Positions 1 to 9,159 of a DNA stretch of 64,000 nt are shown in pieces (position 1 is the stretch's first letter; every line of letters starts with the position of its first letter). A model generated the notes under the pieces. The model was not told the origin of the DNA. It ran no database searches and worked only from the letters and a program-made list of their open reading frames with translations. The stretch is from an uncultured Pseudomonadota bacterium (GTDB taxonomy: Bacteria > Myxococcota_A > UBA796 > JAFGLY01): assembly GCA_937912125.1 (NCBI GenBank), contig CALDOK010000192.1, positions 15,146 through 79,145 on the forward strand, given 5' to 3'. Made by a program: the position numbers and the translations under genes.

Positions 1-2
1 TG

Positions 3-191
3 GCCGGGCGCTGCTCGGGCTGCAGCGAGTGCGAGCGGGCCTGCCCCGAAGGCATCCCCATCCACCTGCTCAACCACTTCCTGGCCGGCGTGGTGCGCGA
101 CGCCTTCGATCACGTTGTGGGGGACGATCCCGACGCCCCTGCCCCCGTGGGCGCCTTCCGCAAGGATGACGCCGAGGAGTTCATCGTCTGA
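3..191 (+). CDS. 3' fragment of a 4Fe-4S protein, FlxC-like (5' end outside window)
   Basis: Not in the ORF track. Frame 3 reads AGRCSGCSECERACPEGIPIHLLNHFL...DDAEEFIV* with a CxxCxxCxxxCP motif; its TGA overlaps the next ATG (TGATG at 189-193). Confidence 0.8.
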   Translation, partial: AGRCSGCSECERACPEGIPIHLLNHFLAGVVRDAFDHVVGDDPDAPAPVGAFRKDDAEEFIV

Positions 192-1279
192 TGTCCGAGC
201 CCTCGAACCTCAAGCACATCGACCGCGCGCAGCTGGCTGGCCTGGTGGAGGCGCTGGCTGGCGCTGGCACTGCGGTCATCGCTCCGGCCCTTCGCCACGA
301 CGCCCGCGGCACCGTGGGCTACCGCACGGTCACCACCATGGCGGACGTGGTGCTGGACAAGCGCCCCGACAACGCCCTCAAGTCCTTCTTCCTGCCCCCC
401 ACCGAGCCCCTGCTGCACTACGAGCGCCAGGGCAAGGACGTCACGCTCACGCCAGTGGACCCCAGCATCGGGCCGCGGGTGGTGCTGGGCGCGCTGCCCT
501 GCGACGCCGCGGGCCTGCCCATCGTCGATAGGGTCATGGACTGGGACTACCGGGACGAGCCCTGGTTCGGCCGGCGTGACGCCACCACCGTCATCGCCCT
601 GGCCTGCGACAAGGCCGACTCCGCCTGCTTCTGCACCGGCGTGGGCCTAGCCCCTGACGGCGCCTCTGGCTCCGATCTGTTGCTGGTGCCCGCGGGCGAT
701 GGCTTCCTGGTCGAGGTGTACAGCGACAAGGGCCAGGCCCTGGTCGACCTCCACCCCGCGTTCTTCGGCGAGCCCAGGGATCAGGAGCAGGCCCAGGCCT
801 TCCGGGCTGGGCTCGGCGCCGCGCTCTCCCACGCCGACGGTCTCGACCCCGCGGCGGCCCGGGCATGGATCGAGGGCCACTTCATCGACCCCGCCTGGCC
901 CGCCTTGGCGCTGTCCTGCCACGGCTGCGGCGCCTGCGCCATGGTCTGCCCCACCTGCCACTGCTTCGACATCGTCGATGAGCAAGAGGGCGTGGCCAAG
1001 GGCACCCGGCGGCGCAACCAGGACTACTGCCAGTACGGGCTGTTCACCCTCCACGGCGCGGGCCACAACCCCCGCGGCGACCAGGGCGCGCGTATCCGCC
1101 AGCGGGTCAGCCACAAGTTCGCCATCTACCCCGACCGCTTCGACGCCATCCTCTGCACCGGCTGCGGCCGCTGCTCCCGGGCCTGTGCCGCGGGCATCGA
1201 CATGTTCGAGGTGGTGGAGCGTCTGGCCGGGCTGCAGGCGGACATCGACGAAGAGACCCCCACGGGAGGTGACCTGTGA
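191..1279 (+). CDS. 4Fe-4S dicluster protein, AsrA/FlxB/sulfhydrogenase beta family
   Basis: CHGCGACAMVCPTCHCF and CTGCGRCSRAC motifs, plus the LKSFFLPP and CFCTGVG segments typical of AsrA/FlxB. Confidence 0.88.
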   Translation: MSEPSNLKHIDRAQLAGLVEALAGAGTAVIAPALRHDARGTVGYRTVTTMADVVLDKRPDNALKSFFLPPTEPLLHYERQGKDVTLTPVDPSIGPRVVLGALPCDAAGLPIVDRVMDWDYRDEPWFGRRDATTVIALACDKADSACFCTGVGLAPDGASGSDLLLVPAGDGFLVEVYSDKGQALVDLHPAFFGEPRDQEQAQAFRAGLGAALSHADGLDPAAARAWIEGHFIDPAWPALALSCHGCGACAMVCPTCHCFDIVDEQEGVAKGTRRRNQDYCQYGLFTLHGAGHNPRGDQGARIRQRVSHKFAIYPDRFDAILCTGCGRCSRACAAGIDMFEVVERLAGLQADIDEETPTGGDL

Positions 1280-2106
1280 ACCTCTACCATCCCCACCTGA
1301 TGCGGGTCACCGAGCGCATCGACGAGACCGTGGACACCGTCACCCTGCGCCTGGCGTTCCAGGATCCAGCCGTCGCCGAGGCGTTCGAGTTCCGCGCGGG
1401 GCAGTTCGCCGAGTACTCGGTCTTCGGCGAGGGCGAGTGCACCTTCTGCATCGCATCGGCCCCCACCCGGCTGCCGCTGATCGAGTGCTCCTTCAAGAAG
1501 GTCGGCAAGGTCACCACGGCGCTGTCACGGCTCGAAGTGGGCGACACCATGGGCTTCCGGGGCCCCTACGGCAACCACTTCCCCGTGGATGCCTGGAAGG
1601 GCAGGAGCCTGGTGTTCATCGCCGGTGGGATCGGGCTGGCTCCGGTGCGCTGCGTGATCGACAACTGCCTGGACCGCCGGGACGAGTTCGGCGATGTCAC
1701 CATCGTCTACGGCGCCCGCTCGGTGTCCGACCTCGTCTACAAGGGCGAGCTCGAGGCCTGGGCTGCCCGCGCCGACGTTCGCCTGGTCAAGACCGTCGAC
1801 CCCGGCGGTGAGACTCAGGACTGGGACGGTCAGGTCGGCTTCGTGCCCACCGTGCTGGGCGACGCGGCCCCGACCTCCGACAACGCCGTGGCCATCGTCT
1901 GCGGTCCGCCCATCATGATCAAGTTCACCCTGCCTGTGCTCGACAAGCTGGGCTTCTCCCAGGACCAGGTCTACACCACCCTCGAGAACCGCATGAAGTG
2001 CGGCCTGGGCAAGTGTGGGCGCTGCAACATCGGGCGCGTCTACGTCTGTAAAGACGGCCCCGTGTTCACGGCCGCCCAGGTTGCGGAGCTGCCGGCCGAC
2101 ATGTAG
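1276..2106 (+). CDS. FAD/NAD(P)-binding [2Fe-2S] oxidoreductase, AsrB/FlxA/sulfhydrogenase gamma family
   Basis: RGPYGN, IAGGIGLAP, CGPPIM and MKCGLGKCGRC...CKDGPVF motifs; GTGA overlap with the upstream gene. Confidence 0.9.
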   Translation: MNLYHPHLMRVTERIDETVDTVTLRLAFQDPAVAEAFEFRAGQFAEYSVFGEGECTFCIASAPTRLPLIECSFKKVGKVTTALSRLEVGDTMGFRGPYGNHFPVDAWKGRSLVFIAGGIGLAPVRCVIDNCLDRRDEFGDVTIVYGARSVSDLVYKGELEAWAARADVRLVKTVDPGGETQDWDGQVGFVPTVLGDAAPTSDNAVAIVCGPPIMIKFTLPVLDKLGFSQDQVYTTLENRMKCGLGKCGRCNIGRVYVCKDGPVFTAAQVAELPADM

Positions 2107-2171
2107 CGGGCGTCGCTTCGCGATGCAGGGCAGGGGTTTACCCTCGCCTGCTCGGCGGATAGCCTCACGGC

Positions 2172-3821
2172 GTGATCCGTCCCCCAGAAGGCAGTCGTCA
2201 CCCCCTTCGCGCCCAGCTGTGGCGTGAGGCGCCGCTGCTCGTGGGTTTGCTGCTGGGGCTGGGCTTCATGCTGCACCCCGGCTGGGCGCGCTTCGACTAC
2301 CCCCACGGGGCGGACTGGGACAGCTACCTGGGCTCGGCGGCTCACCTGTGGATCGACGCCGGCGCCTTCCGCTACAACGACTGGCGACAGCCGCTGTACC
2401 CCTGGCTAGTGGGGTGGCTGGGCTCGGGCGGCTCCTATGTGCTCGCGGGGCAGGTCTTGGCCCTGCTGGGTTCCCTGGGCACCGTGACCGGGGCTGGCCT
2501 GCTGGGGCGGGCCCTGTCCACGCCCTGGGCGGGCGGCCTGGCTGCGCTGGCCACGGCCATGCTGTCGGTGGTGCTGGACGGGTCCTGGTGGGTCAATCCC
2601 TACCCGGTGGTGGGCGCGCTCACGGCGCTTGCCCTGGCCTCGGCGGCCTGGTGCTGCCGCTGGCCCAGTGTCCTGCCGGCGGTGTTGGCGGGGGTGTTCG
2701 GGGGCCTGTGCCTGGCCATGGACCCCCGCGGACTGCCCGTAGCCTTGGCGGTGCCCTTGCTGGTGGCGCTGGGGCCTGGGGCATTGCGCCGGCGGGGCCT
2801 GCTGGTGGGGCTGGCCTTGCTGGGCCTGGCTGGGGGCAAGCTGCTGGACCACGGCCTGCAGGCCCACTACGGGATCGAGCTTCGCCCCATGGCCTCCCAG
2901 CTGGCGCTGCAGCACCAGGAATCCAGGGGGCCCGGCGCGGCCATGGACGAGGTCGCTGTGCGCGAGGCGCGCGTCTGCCGCGAGTCCCTCGGACAGGACC
3001 TAGGGCTCGGCACGCTGCTGGGTCCATGTGCCCGCCAGCGCCTGGCCCTGAACCTGCGGAACCTGCGCCGGTACTCCCACCTGCCTCCCTTGCTCCCTGC
3101 GCTGGTGCTGCTGGGGCTCTGTGTGGTGCCCGGGATCTGGGGGCGGCGCTCGTCCGCGGCCTCGGCGTTGGTCTTCCTGCCCTCGGCCGCGAGCTTGATC
3201 GCGGGCATGGCTTGGGTGCCCTACGTGGATCGATACCTGCTGCCCAGCGCCGCGCTGATGGGCTGCCTGGCGCCGGTGGTCCTGACGCGAGGAGGCGCGC
3301 TGGCGGCGCGTCGCTGGCCTGAACGCCCCTGGGTCGCGGGGCTCGGCCCGCTGATAGCCGCCGGCTGGGTGGTGGTGGTGTTTCCCACCGTACACCCGGG
3401 CGACTTCGTCAGGCCTGTCAGCCACATCCTCCGCCGCAAGGCCGAGCTGCCGGCGCCCGTGGACCCCCGCCAGGCGCTGGCGGACTGGGCCGTGGCCACC
3501 GTGGGTCCGGACGACCTGCTGCTGGACTGCGCCGAGCTGCACCTGGAGATCCTCCTGCTGCCTCGGAGCCTGTCGGTCTGGGATGCACCGCCCCACGATC
3601 CCCAGTGTCGCCAGCGCATGAAGCAGCCGCCCTCCATCGCCGGGCAGGTCTGGCTGGTCAGCCTGCACCAGCGGGGCCTGACCCCCGATCCCAGGCTTGT
3701 CAGCCCCGAGTGGCTCGCCGCGCGGGGGTGGGAGGAGCAGCCGCTGGAGCTCGAGCTGGAGCCCGGCACCCACGCCGCTCGACGGGCCAGCTGGCTGCGG
3801 CGCTGGCGCTGGCCCCGCTGA
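2172..3821 (+). CDS. Polytopic membrane protein, probable GT-C fold glycosyltransferase (ArnT/PMT-like)
   Basis: About 10 hydrophobic segments; first loop GADWDSY...RQPLYPWL and a late DRYLLP motif resemble GT-C enzymes. Confidence 0.55.
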   Translation: MIRPPEGSRHPLRAQLWREAPLLVGLLLGLGFMLHPGWARFDYPHGADWDSYLGSAAHLWIDAGAFRYNDWRQPLYPWLVGWLGSGGSYVLAGQVLALLGSLGTVTGAGLLGRALSTPWAGGLAALATAMLSVVLDGSWWVNPYPVVGALTALALASAAWCCRWPSVLPAVLAGVFGGLCLAMDPRGLPVALAVPLLVALGPGALRRRGLLVGLALLGLAGGKLLDHGLQAHYGIELRPMASQLALQHQESRGPGAAMDEVAVREARVCRESLGQDLGLGTLLGPCARQRLALNLRNLRRYSHLPPLLPALVLLGLCVVPGIWGRRSSAASALVFLPSAASLIAGMAWVPYVDRYLLPSAALMGCLAPVVLTRGGALAARRWPERPWVAGLGPLIAAGWVVVVFPTVHPGDFVRPVSHILRRKAELPAPVDPRQALADWAVATVGPDDLLLDCAELHLEILLLPRSLSVWDAPPHDPQCRQRMKQPPSIAGQVWLVSLHQRGLTPDPRLVSPEWLAARGWEEQPLELELEPGTHAARRASWLRRWRWPR

Positions 3822-3863
3822 GAGGGCTCCGCCAGGGGGCGTCGAGTCGGATACGGTGACAGC

Positions 3864-6800
3864 ATGCGATGCTCCCTCCTCGGCTTGGCGCTGCTCGTCC
3901 ATGGCTGCGATGCTCCCGTCCCGGTCGCTCCTGGCGACTCGGGCGTTGGGGACAGCCGCCCCACCGACCCCGAGACCATCCCGGGCATCGAGGACACTCA
4001 GGCCTGCCCCCGTGTGATCATCAGCGAGGTGGTCAGCTCCAACCGGGACAGCCTCGAGGACGGCGACGGTGACAGCTCCGACTGGATCGAGCTGTACAAC
4101 GCCTCGGGTGGTGCCGTGGAGCTCGAAGGGTGGGCCCTGTCGGACGAGCCTGGCCAGCCCGACACCTGGGGCTTCCCAGCGCTCACCCTGGGCCCCGGCG
4201 CGTTCCTGCTCGTCTTCGCATCGGGGCGTAGCGAGGATGCTCCCGTGGGCGAAGTCCACAGCAGCTTCCGCCTGAGCGCCGAGGGGGAGACGCTGCTGCT
4301 GAGCTGCTCGAGCGGCCTCGCGGACCGGGTCGAGATCCCCGCCCTGGGCGAGGACATCGCCTTCGGTGTGGAGCAACGGGTCAGCGAGCAGACCCTGCTC
4401 GGGGCCGGTGACGGTGCTCTGCTGCAGCTGGATCCCGCCCTGGGCTGGGAAGCCCCGGACCTGGACGACAGCAGCTGGATCCCGGTGATCCTGGGGGTGG
4501 GCTTCGACGGGCTGGCCAGCGACTCGGAGCCCGCCGATGTGGCCATGTTCGCCACCACCACGCAGTCCTCCGATGGGTACTCGCGCACGGGGGATCAGGC
4601 GGTGGACGGGGAAATGTCCACCTTCTCCCACACCGCGGACGGCGATCTCGAGCCTTGGTGGCAGGTGGACCTGGGGGGGCTGTGGTCCGTCGACTCCGTG
4701 CGCCTGCACAACCGCGGCGAGTGTTGCCCCGAGCGGCTCTACAACATCACGGTCAGCTTGCTGGACGCCGACGGCCTCGAGCTGTGGGCCAGTGATCTGC
4801 TCAACCCCACCGCCGAGGGCACGGTCCCCAGCGACCCCGGCGCGCTGCTCGAGGTGCACCCGGAGGAGCCCGTGGTGGCGGCCGCTGTGCGGGTGGCCAA
4901 GCATGCGGTCGGCGGAGCGGGCAGCAGCGAGTGGCTCAGCCTGGCGGAGGTCCAGGTGATGGCGGTCCAGGCATCGCCCTACACCGACGCCATCGCCACC
5001 GACCTGGGAGCGCTCATGCACGGGCTCACAGCCCGGGCGGGCCTGCGATCCTGGGTGACGCCGCCGGCCGAGGCTCCGGACCGCGCTCTGCTGCGGGTGG
5101 CCTACGACGACGGCTTCGGCCTGTGGCTGGATGGCGAAGTGCTGGCCGGGGCCGGCCTGGGCGAGATCCAGGCCAGCACCGAGCACGACGGCGCGCTGAT
5201 CGAGCTCCACGTCCTGGACCCCCAGGCCTTCGACGGGGCCCAGGGATTGCTCGCCATGGAGGTCCAGAACCTGAGCCCCGCGGACGACGACCTGCTCTTC
5301 ACGCCCGAGCTGGCGCTGCAGTGGATGGATCTGGGCGAGCTCCGCTACTTCTCGACGCCCACCCCGGGTGAGCCCAACGGCACCGGCTGGGAGGGGATCG
5401 TCCAGGCTCCGGAGGTCGACCATGCGCGGGGGTTCTATGACCAGCCCACCCCCGTGGACCTGTGCGGCCCCACCCCGGGGGCCTCCCTGGTCTACACCAC
5501 CGACGGCTCCGTGCCCGAGCCCGACAACGGCGTCACCGTCGCCCCCCCCAACGAGGCCGGGTTCGCCTGCGTGACCGTCCCCGTCGACACCACCACCGTG
5601 CTGCGGGCGGCGGCCTTCCGCAGCGGCTGGGGCGACAGCCCGGCCGTGGCCCACAGCTACATCTTCCTCGCGGACGTGGTCCGCCAGCCCGAGCAGCCCT
5701 CGGGCTTGCCCAGCACCTGGGACGGAATCAGCCAAGCGGCGGTCAGCGCGGACTACGCCATGGACCCCGAGGTGGTGGACGATCCGGCCTACGCCGAGGA
5801 CCTGCTCCGGGGTCTGCAGGCCATCCCCACGCTGTCCATCTCCATGCCTCCCGACGACCTGTTCGGCGAGGAAGCCGGGATCTACATCCACAGTGAGCAG
5901 CGGGGCGACGACTGGGAGCGGGCTGCCTCCATCGAGCTGCTGGAGCCCGATGGCGGGGGGTTCCATGAGCACTGCGGCCTGCGGATCCACGGGTACGGCT
6001 GGCGCTCCCACAGCAACACCAAGAAGCACTCCTTCCGCCTCGAGTTTTCGTCGGCGTACGGCGCCCGCAAGCTCGACTACCCCCTCTTCCCGGACGCGCC
6101 GGTAGACCGCTTCGACAGCATCGTGCTGCGGTCCCAGGGCAGCCGGGGCTGGCAGGACTTCCGGGACCCGGAGCAAGCCCAGTACCTGCGGGACGCCTTC
6201 GCCCGGGACACGGCTCGGGACATGGGCAAGGTGGACGGGCATGGCCGGCACGTACACCTGTACCTCAACGGTCTGTACTGGGGGCTGTACCAGCTGGTGG
6301 AGCGCCCCGACGCCGGCTTCGGCGAGGAGTACTTCGGCGGCGACGACGAAGACTACGACGCCATCAACCGTCGCACCTCCACCAACGAGGCCATCGACGG
6401 CACCCTGGAGGCCTATGACGCGCTGCTGGCCCTGGCCGACCAGGACGTCACCGACCCCGCGGTCTACGACGCCATCCTCGCCGTGCTCGATGTGGACGAT
6501 CTCATCGACTACATGCTGATCCACCAGTACACGGTCAACCGGGACGGCCCGTGCTGCTTCTACCACAACAACATGCGCGGGCTGCGGGAGCGGCGCGACG
6601 GCGCCCTGTGGCGCTTCTTCGTGTGGGACATGGAGTACAGCATCTGGGAGGCCAGCGATGACACCAACGTCGAGGTGGACATCGCCGGGGCCATCTCCCA
6701 CGTCTACGCCCGGCTGCGGCTCAACGCCGACTTCCGCGCCCGCTACGCCGAGCGCGCGGCCCAGCACCTGGGGCCCGGCGGCGCCCTCGGCGTCGAGGCC

Positions 6801-7010
6801 AGCACCGCCCGCTGGCTCGCCCGCAGCGACGAGATCGTCGATGCGGTGGTGGCCGAGTCGGCCCGCTGGGGCGACACCGACCGCGAGCCGCCCTACACCC
6901 GCGACGGGGAGTGGATGGCCGAGCACCAGCGGCTGCTCGGGGAGTTCTTCCCGTACCGCAGCGCCCAGCTCGAGCAGCAGCTCATCGACGCGGGCTTGAT
7001 GGAGCCTTGA
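3864..7010 (+). CDS. Lipoprotein with lamin-tail domain, F-type lectin domain, FN3-like domain and CotH kinase domain
   Basis: Lipobox LLVHGC; ISEVVSSN...DWIELYN (LTD); SHT...WWQVDL...NRGECCPERL (F-lectin); YTTDGSVP; KKHSFRL, LYLNGLYWGLYQLVE, HNN and WDME (CotH). Confidence 0.85.
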   Translation: MRCSLLGLALLVHGCDAPVPVAPGDSGVGDSRPTDPETIPGIEDTQACPRVIISEVVSSNRDSLEDGDGDSSDWIELYNASGGAVELEGWALSDEPGQPDTWGFPALTLGPGAFLLVFASGRSEDAPVGEVHSSFRLSAEGETLLLSCSSGLADRVEIPALGEDIAFGVEQRVSEQTLLGAGDGALLQLDPALGWEAPDLDDSSWIPVILGVGFDGLASDSEPADVAMFATTTQSSDGYSRTGDQAVDGEMSTFSHTADGDLEPWWQVDLGGLWSVDSVRLHNRGECCPERLYNITVSLLDADGLELWASDLLNPTAEGTVPSDPGALLEVHPEEPVVAAAVRVAKHAVGGAGSSEWLSLAEVQVMAVQASPYTDAIATDLGALMHGLTARAGLRSWVTPPAEAPDRALLRVAYDDGFGLWLDGEVLAGAGLGEIQASTEHDGALIELHVLDPQAFDGAQGLLAMEVQNLSPADDDLLFTPELALQWMDLGELRYFSTPTPGEPNGTGWEGIVQAPEVDHARGFYDQPTPVDLCGPTPGASLVYTTDGSVPEPDNGVTVAPPNEAGFACVTVPVDTTTVLRAAAFRSGWGDSPAVAHSYIFLADVVRQPEQPSGLPSTWDGISQAAVSADYAMDPEVVDDPAYAEDLLRGLQAIPTLSISMPPDDLFGEEAGIYIHSEQRGDDWERAASIELLEPDGGGFHEHCGLRIHGYGWRSHSNTKKHSFRLEFSSAYGARKLDYPLFPDAPVDRFDSIVLRSQGSRGWQDFRDPEQAQYLRDAFARDTARDMGKVDGHGRHVHLYLNGLYWGLYQLVERPDAGFGEEYFGGDDEDYDAINRRTSTNEAIDGTLEAYDALLALADQDVTDPAVYDAILAVLDVDDLIDYMLIHQYTVNRDGPCCFYHNNMRGLRERRDGALWRFFVWDMEYSIWEASDDTNVEVDIAGAISHVYARLRLNADFRARYAERAAQHLGPGGALGVEASTARWLARSDEIVDAVVAESARWGDTDREPPYTRDGEWMAEHQRLLGEFFPYRSAQLEQQLIDAGLMEP

Positions 7011-7022
7011 GCGGGGTGGTGG

Positions 7023-9137
7023 TCAGTCGCTCCGCGTGGCGCCCTGGAAGCCCCACTCCCCGCTGGGGGCTCGGGTCCAGGTGAGGACCAGCTCGGTGAG
7101 CCTGGTGTCGGCGTGGAGCATGATCACTGTCGGGCCCTCGTCGTCGAAGTTGGCCACGTCGTCGAAGCGCACCCGGATGCGACCCTGCTCGATGCGGTTG
7201 TCGGCGACCTCGTAGCTCTGGCCGCCGGCTTGCAGGCGGAACACGGGTGCCAGCACCGAGACCAGGTAGGGCAGGTCGATGTGTACGTCGTCCTTGCCCA
7301 GATCGGAGCTCGTGGCCAGCAGCGCGCCGTCGTCCAGGCTGGCCAGGCTCAGGTCCACCAGATGGTTCTCGGTGGCCTGGGGGCGCGAGGCCGGCGACCA
7401 GCGCTGCTCGGCCCGCTGGCGCATACGCTCCTCCCGCTGCCGGTGGGCCTGGTCGCGCTTGAAGGTGACGGTGTCGACCCACGCCACCGCCTCGTTGGAC
7501 ACCAGCACGGCGCGGATCGTGGCCACATCGTCCACGCCCTTGCGGTCGCCGCCCAGGTCCAGCAGGACCTCCACGTCGTCGAAGTTCGTGATGTCGTGGG
7601 CCGCGAGCACCGGCTCGGTGCGCGGCGCGAAGGTCTCGTAGTCATCGGGGTGCATGTCGGTGAAGTGCAGGCAGAGCACCAGGCTGGCGTTGTGCAGGCT
7701 GCGCTCGCTGCGGTTGTCCACCGCGACCTTCAGCTTGCTGCCGAGCATGGCCTCCTCGACCTCGAGGTCCAGCCAGCCACGCTCGGGCAGGATCAGCTGG
7801 TAGTCGTCCTGCAGGAAGGTCTCGCAGAACTGCAGGTCGCGGATCACCAGATCCCACTGACCCTGGGCGCGCCGCCGGGCGAAGTGGTCCATCACCTTCT
7901 TGCGTCCGGTCTCCACGTCACCCTGCTCGAAGGCCAGGCGGGCCAGCTGAAGGTCGGGGCTGAACCAGGCGGCGCCCAGCATGGAGGACTTGTACAAGGC
8001 CAGCACCAGGTTGCCCTCGCGGGACTTGCGCAGGAAGGTGCGGCTGCGGGCGCGGTAGGGGTCGAGCATGTCCTGGAGCAGCTCAGCCTGCTTGGGGTAG
8101 GTCACCGCGGCCTGCTCGAGATCCAGGCGGGCTGCCTTCAGGTCGCCGCGATGGGCGAACATGACTCCCCGCAGCAGGTAGGCTGGTGCCGACGCGTCGG
8201 CGTGTTCGTCCAGGTAGGCGTCCAGGATGCGCTGGGCCTCGTCGGGGTCCTCGGGGCTGGCGGTGTCGCCCTCGATCAGGGCCAGCGCCAGCAGCAGGTG
8301 GGCCTCGCGCTCGTGGGGCGCCAGCTCGATGGCTGCGCGGGCGGCCTGGGCCGCCGCCTCCCAGTCGCCGTCGTTCACGGCCAGGTAGGCGCGATCCCGA
8401 AGGTCGCAGAGCTTGCCCCACTCGTCCAGGTAGCGGTGGTAGATCCGGGCATGCGCGGTCAGGGTCTCGATCAGCTGCTGTTCGATCTCCATGACCTCCC
8501 GCAGCAGCCGCTGGTGGTCGGCCTGTTGCCCCCTCCAGTCCTCGTACACCTGGCGCACGCCCTCCTGGTCGATGCCCGCCTTGGCGATCTGCACCGACCC
8601 TCCACCGCCGGTCAGCGGGATGGACAGGCCGGCGTCACCCCCGACCTCGAGCTTGGACATCATCAGGACGTTGAGCACCGGGCCCATGTGCTTGACCAGG
8701 GCCCAGGTGGCGGCTTGGTCTTCGGCCTCCACCTGCCGCGCGTAGAGCTGGAACAAGACCTCCAGCACTTCGGCGCGCGCCTGGAGCACCTCGGCGGGGA
8801 CGTGGCGGTAGTCCTTCAGGGCCATGGTGGAGAGGTACTCCTCGAGGGAGCCCCCGCTGGCCATGGTGGCGTCGATCTCGTGGAGCACGCGGACGGTCTC
8901 GTCCAGGTCGTAGTCCGCCTGCTGGGTCTGCTGGGCGCGCGCCTGCTCGATGCGGTCGAGCACGGGCTCGAAGCTCTCCCGCGCCCGCTCCTCTTGCCGC
9001 TGGACCGCCTGCCACGCGGACCACCGACTCCAGCCGAACAGGCCCAGGGCCAGCAACACGACCAGGACCGCGAAGCCCTGGCAGCCGCTCATCCACCGGC
9101 GACGTCTCCACTGGACCTCGATGTCATCGCTGCTCAT
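7023..9137 (-). CDS. Membrane-anchored TPR-like helical-repeat protein of unknown function
   Basis: N-terminal TM (FAVLVVLLALGLFGW), coiled-coil and TPR-like segments (ARAAIELAPHEREAHLLLALAL); GAGGAG RBS upstream. Confidence 0.7.
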   Translation of the reverse strand: MSSDDIEVQWRRRRWMSGCQGFAVLVVLLALGLFGWSRWSAWQAVQRQEERARESFEPVLDRIEQARAQQTQQADYDLDETVRVLHEIDATMASGGSLEEYLSTMALKDYRHVPAEVLQARAEVLEVLFQLYARQVEAEDQAATWALVKHMGPVLNVLMMSKLEVGGDAGLSIPLTGGGGSVQIAKAGIDQEGVRQVYEDWRGQQADHQRLLREVMEIEQQLIETLTAHARIYHRYLDEWGKLCDLRDRAYLAVNDGDWEAAAQAARAAIELAPHEREAHLLLALALIEGDTASPEDPDEAQRILDAYLDEHADASAPAYLLRGVMFAHRGDLKAARLDLEQAAVTYPKQAELLQDMLDPYRARSRTFLRKSREGNLVLALYKSSMLGAAWFSPDLQLARLAFEQGDVETGRKKVMDHFARRRAQGQWDLVIRDLQFCETFLQDDYQLILPERGWLDLEVEEAMLGSKLKVAVDNRSERSLHNASLVLCLHFTDMHPDDYETFAPRTEPVLAAHDITNFDDVEVLLDLGGDRKGVDDVATIRAVLVSNEAVAWVDTVTFKRDQAHRQREERMRQRAEQRWSPASRPQATENHLVDLSLASLDDGALLATSSDLGKDDVHIDLPYLVSVLAPVFRLQAGGQSYEVADNRIEQGRIRVRFDDVANFDDEGPTVIMLHADTRLTELVLTWTRAPSGEWGFQGATRSD

Positions 9138-9159
9138 GGTCGCTCCTCGGGCCGGGTCA

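Noticed and set aside
3819-3864. GT-C gene is in frame with the CotH gene across one TGA (possible read-through or Sec)
   Set aside because: No Cys-equivalent redox context or SECIS-like hairpin, and the downstream gene has its own lipoprotein signal.
3000-6926. 1308-aa minus-strand ORF (likewise 7113-9233 +, 22429-24606 -, 24755-26284 -, 58182-60458 -)
   Set aside because: Antisense shadows of motif-bearing genes, expected under high GC3 codon bias; no recognisable motifs.
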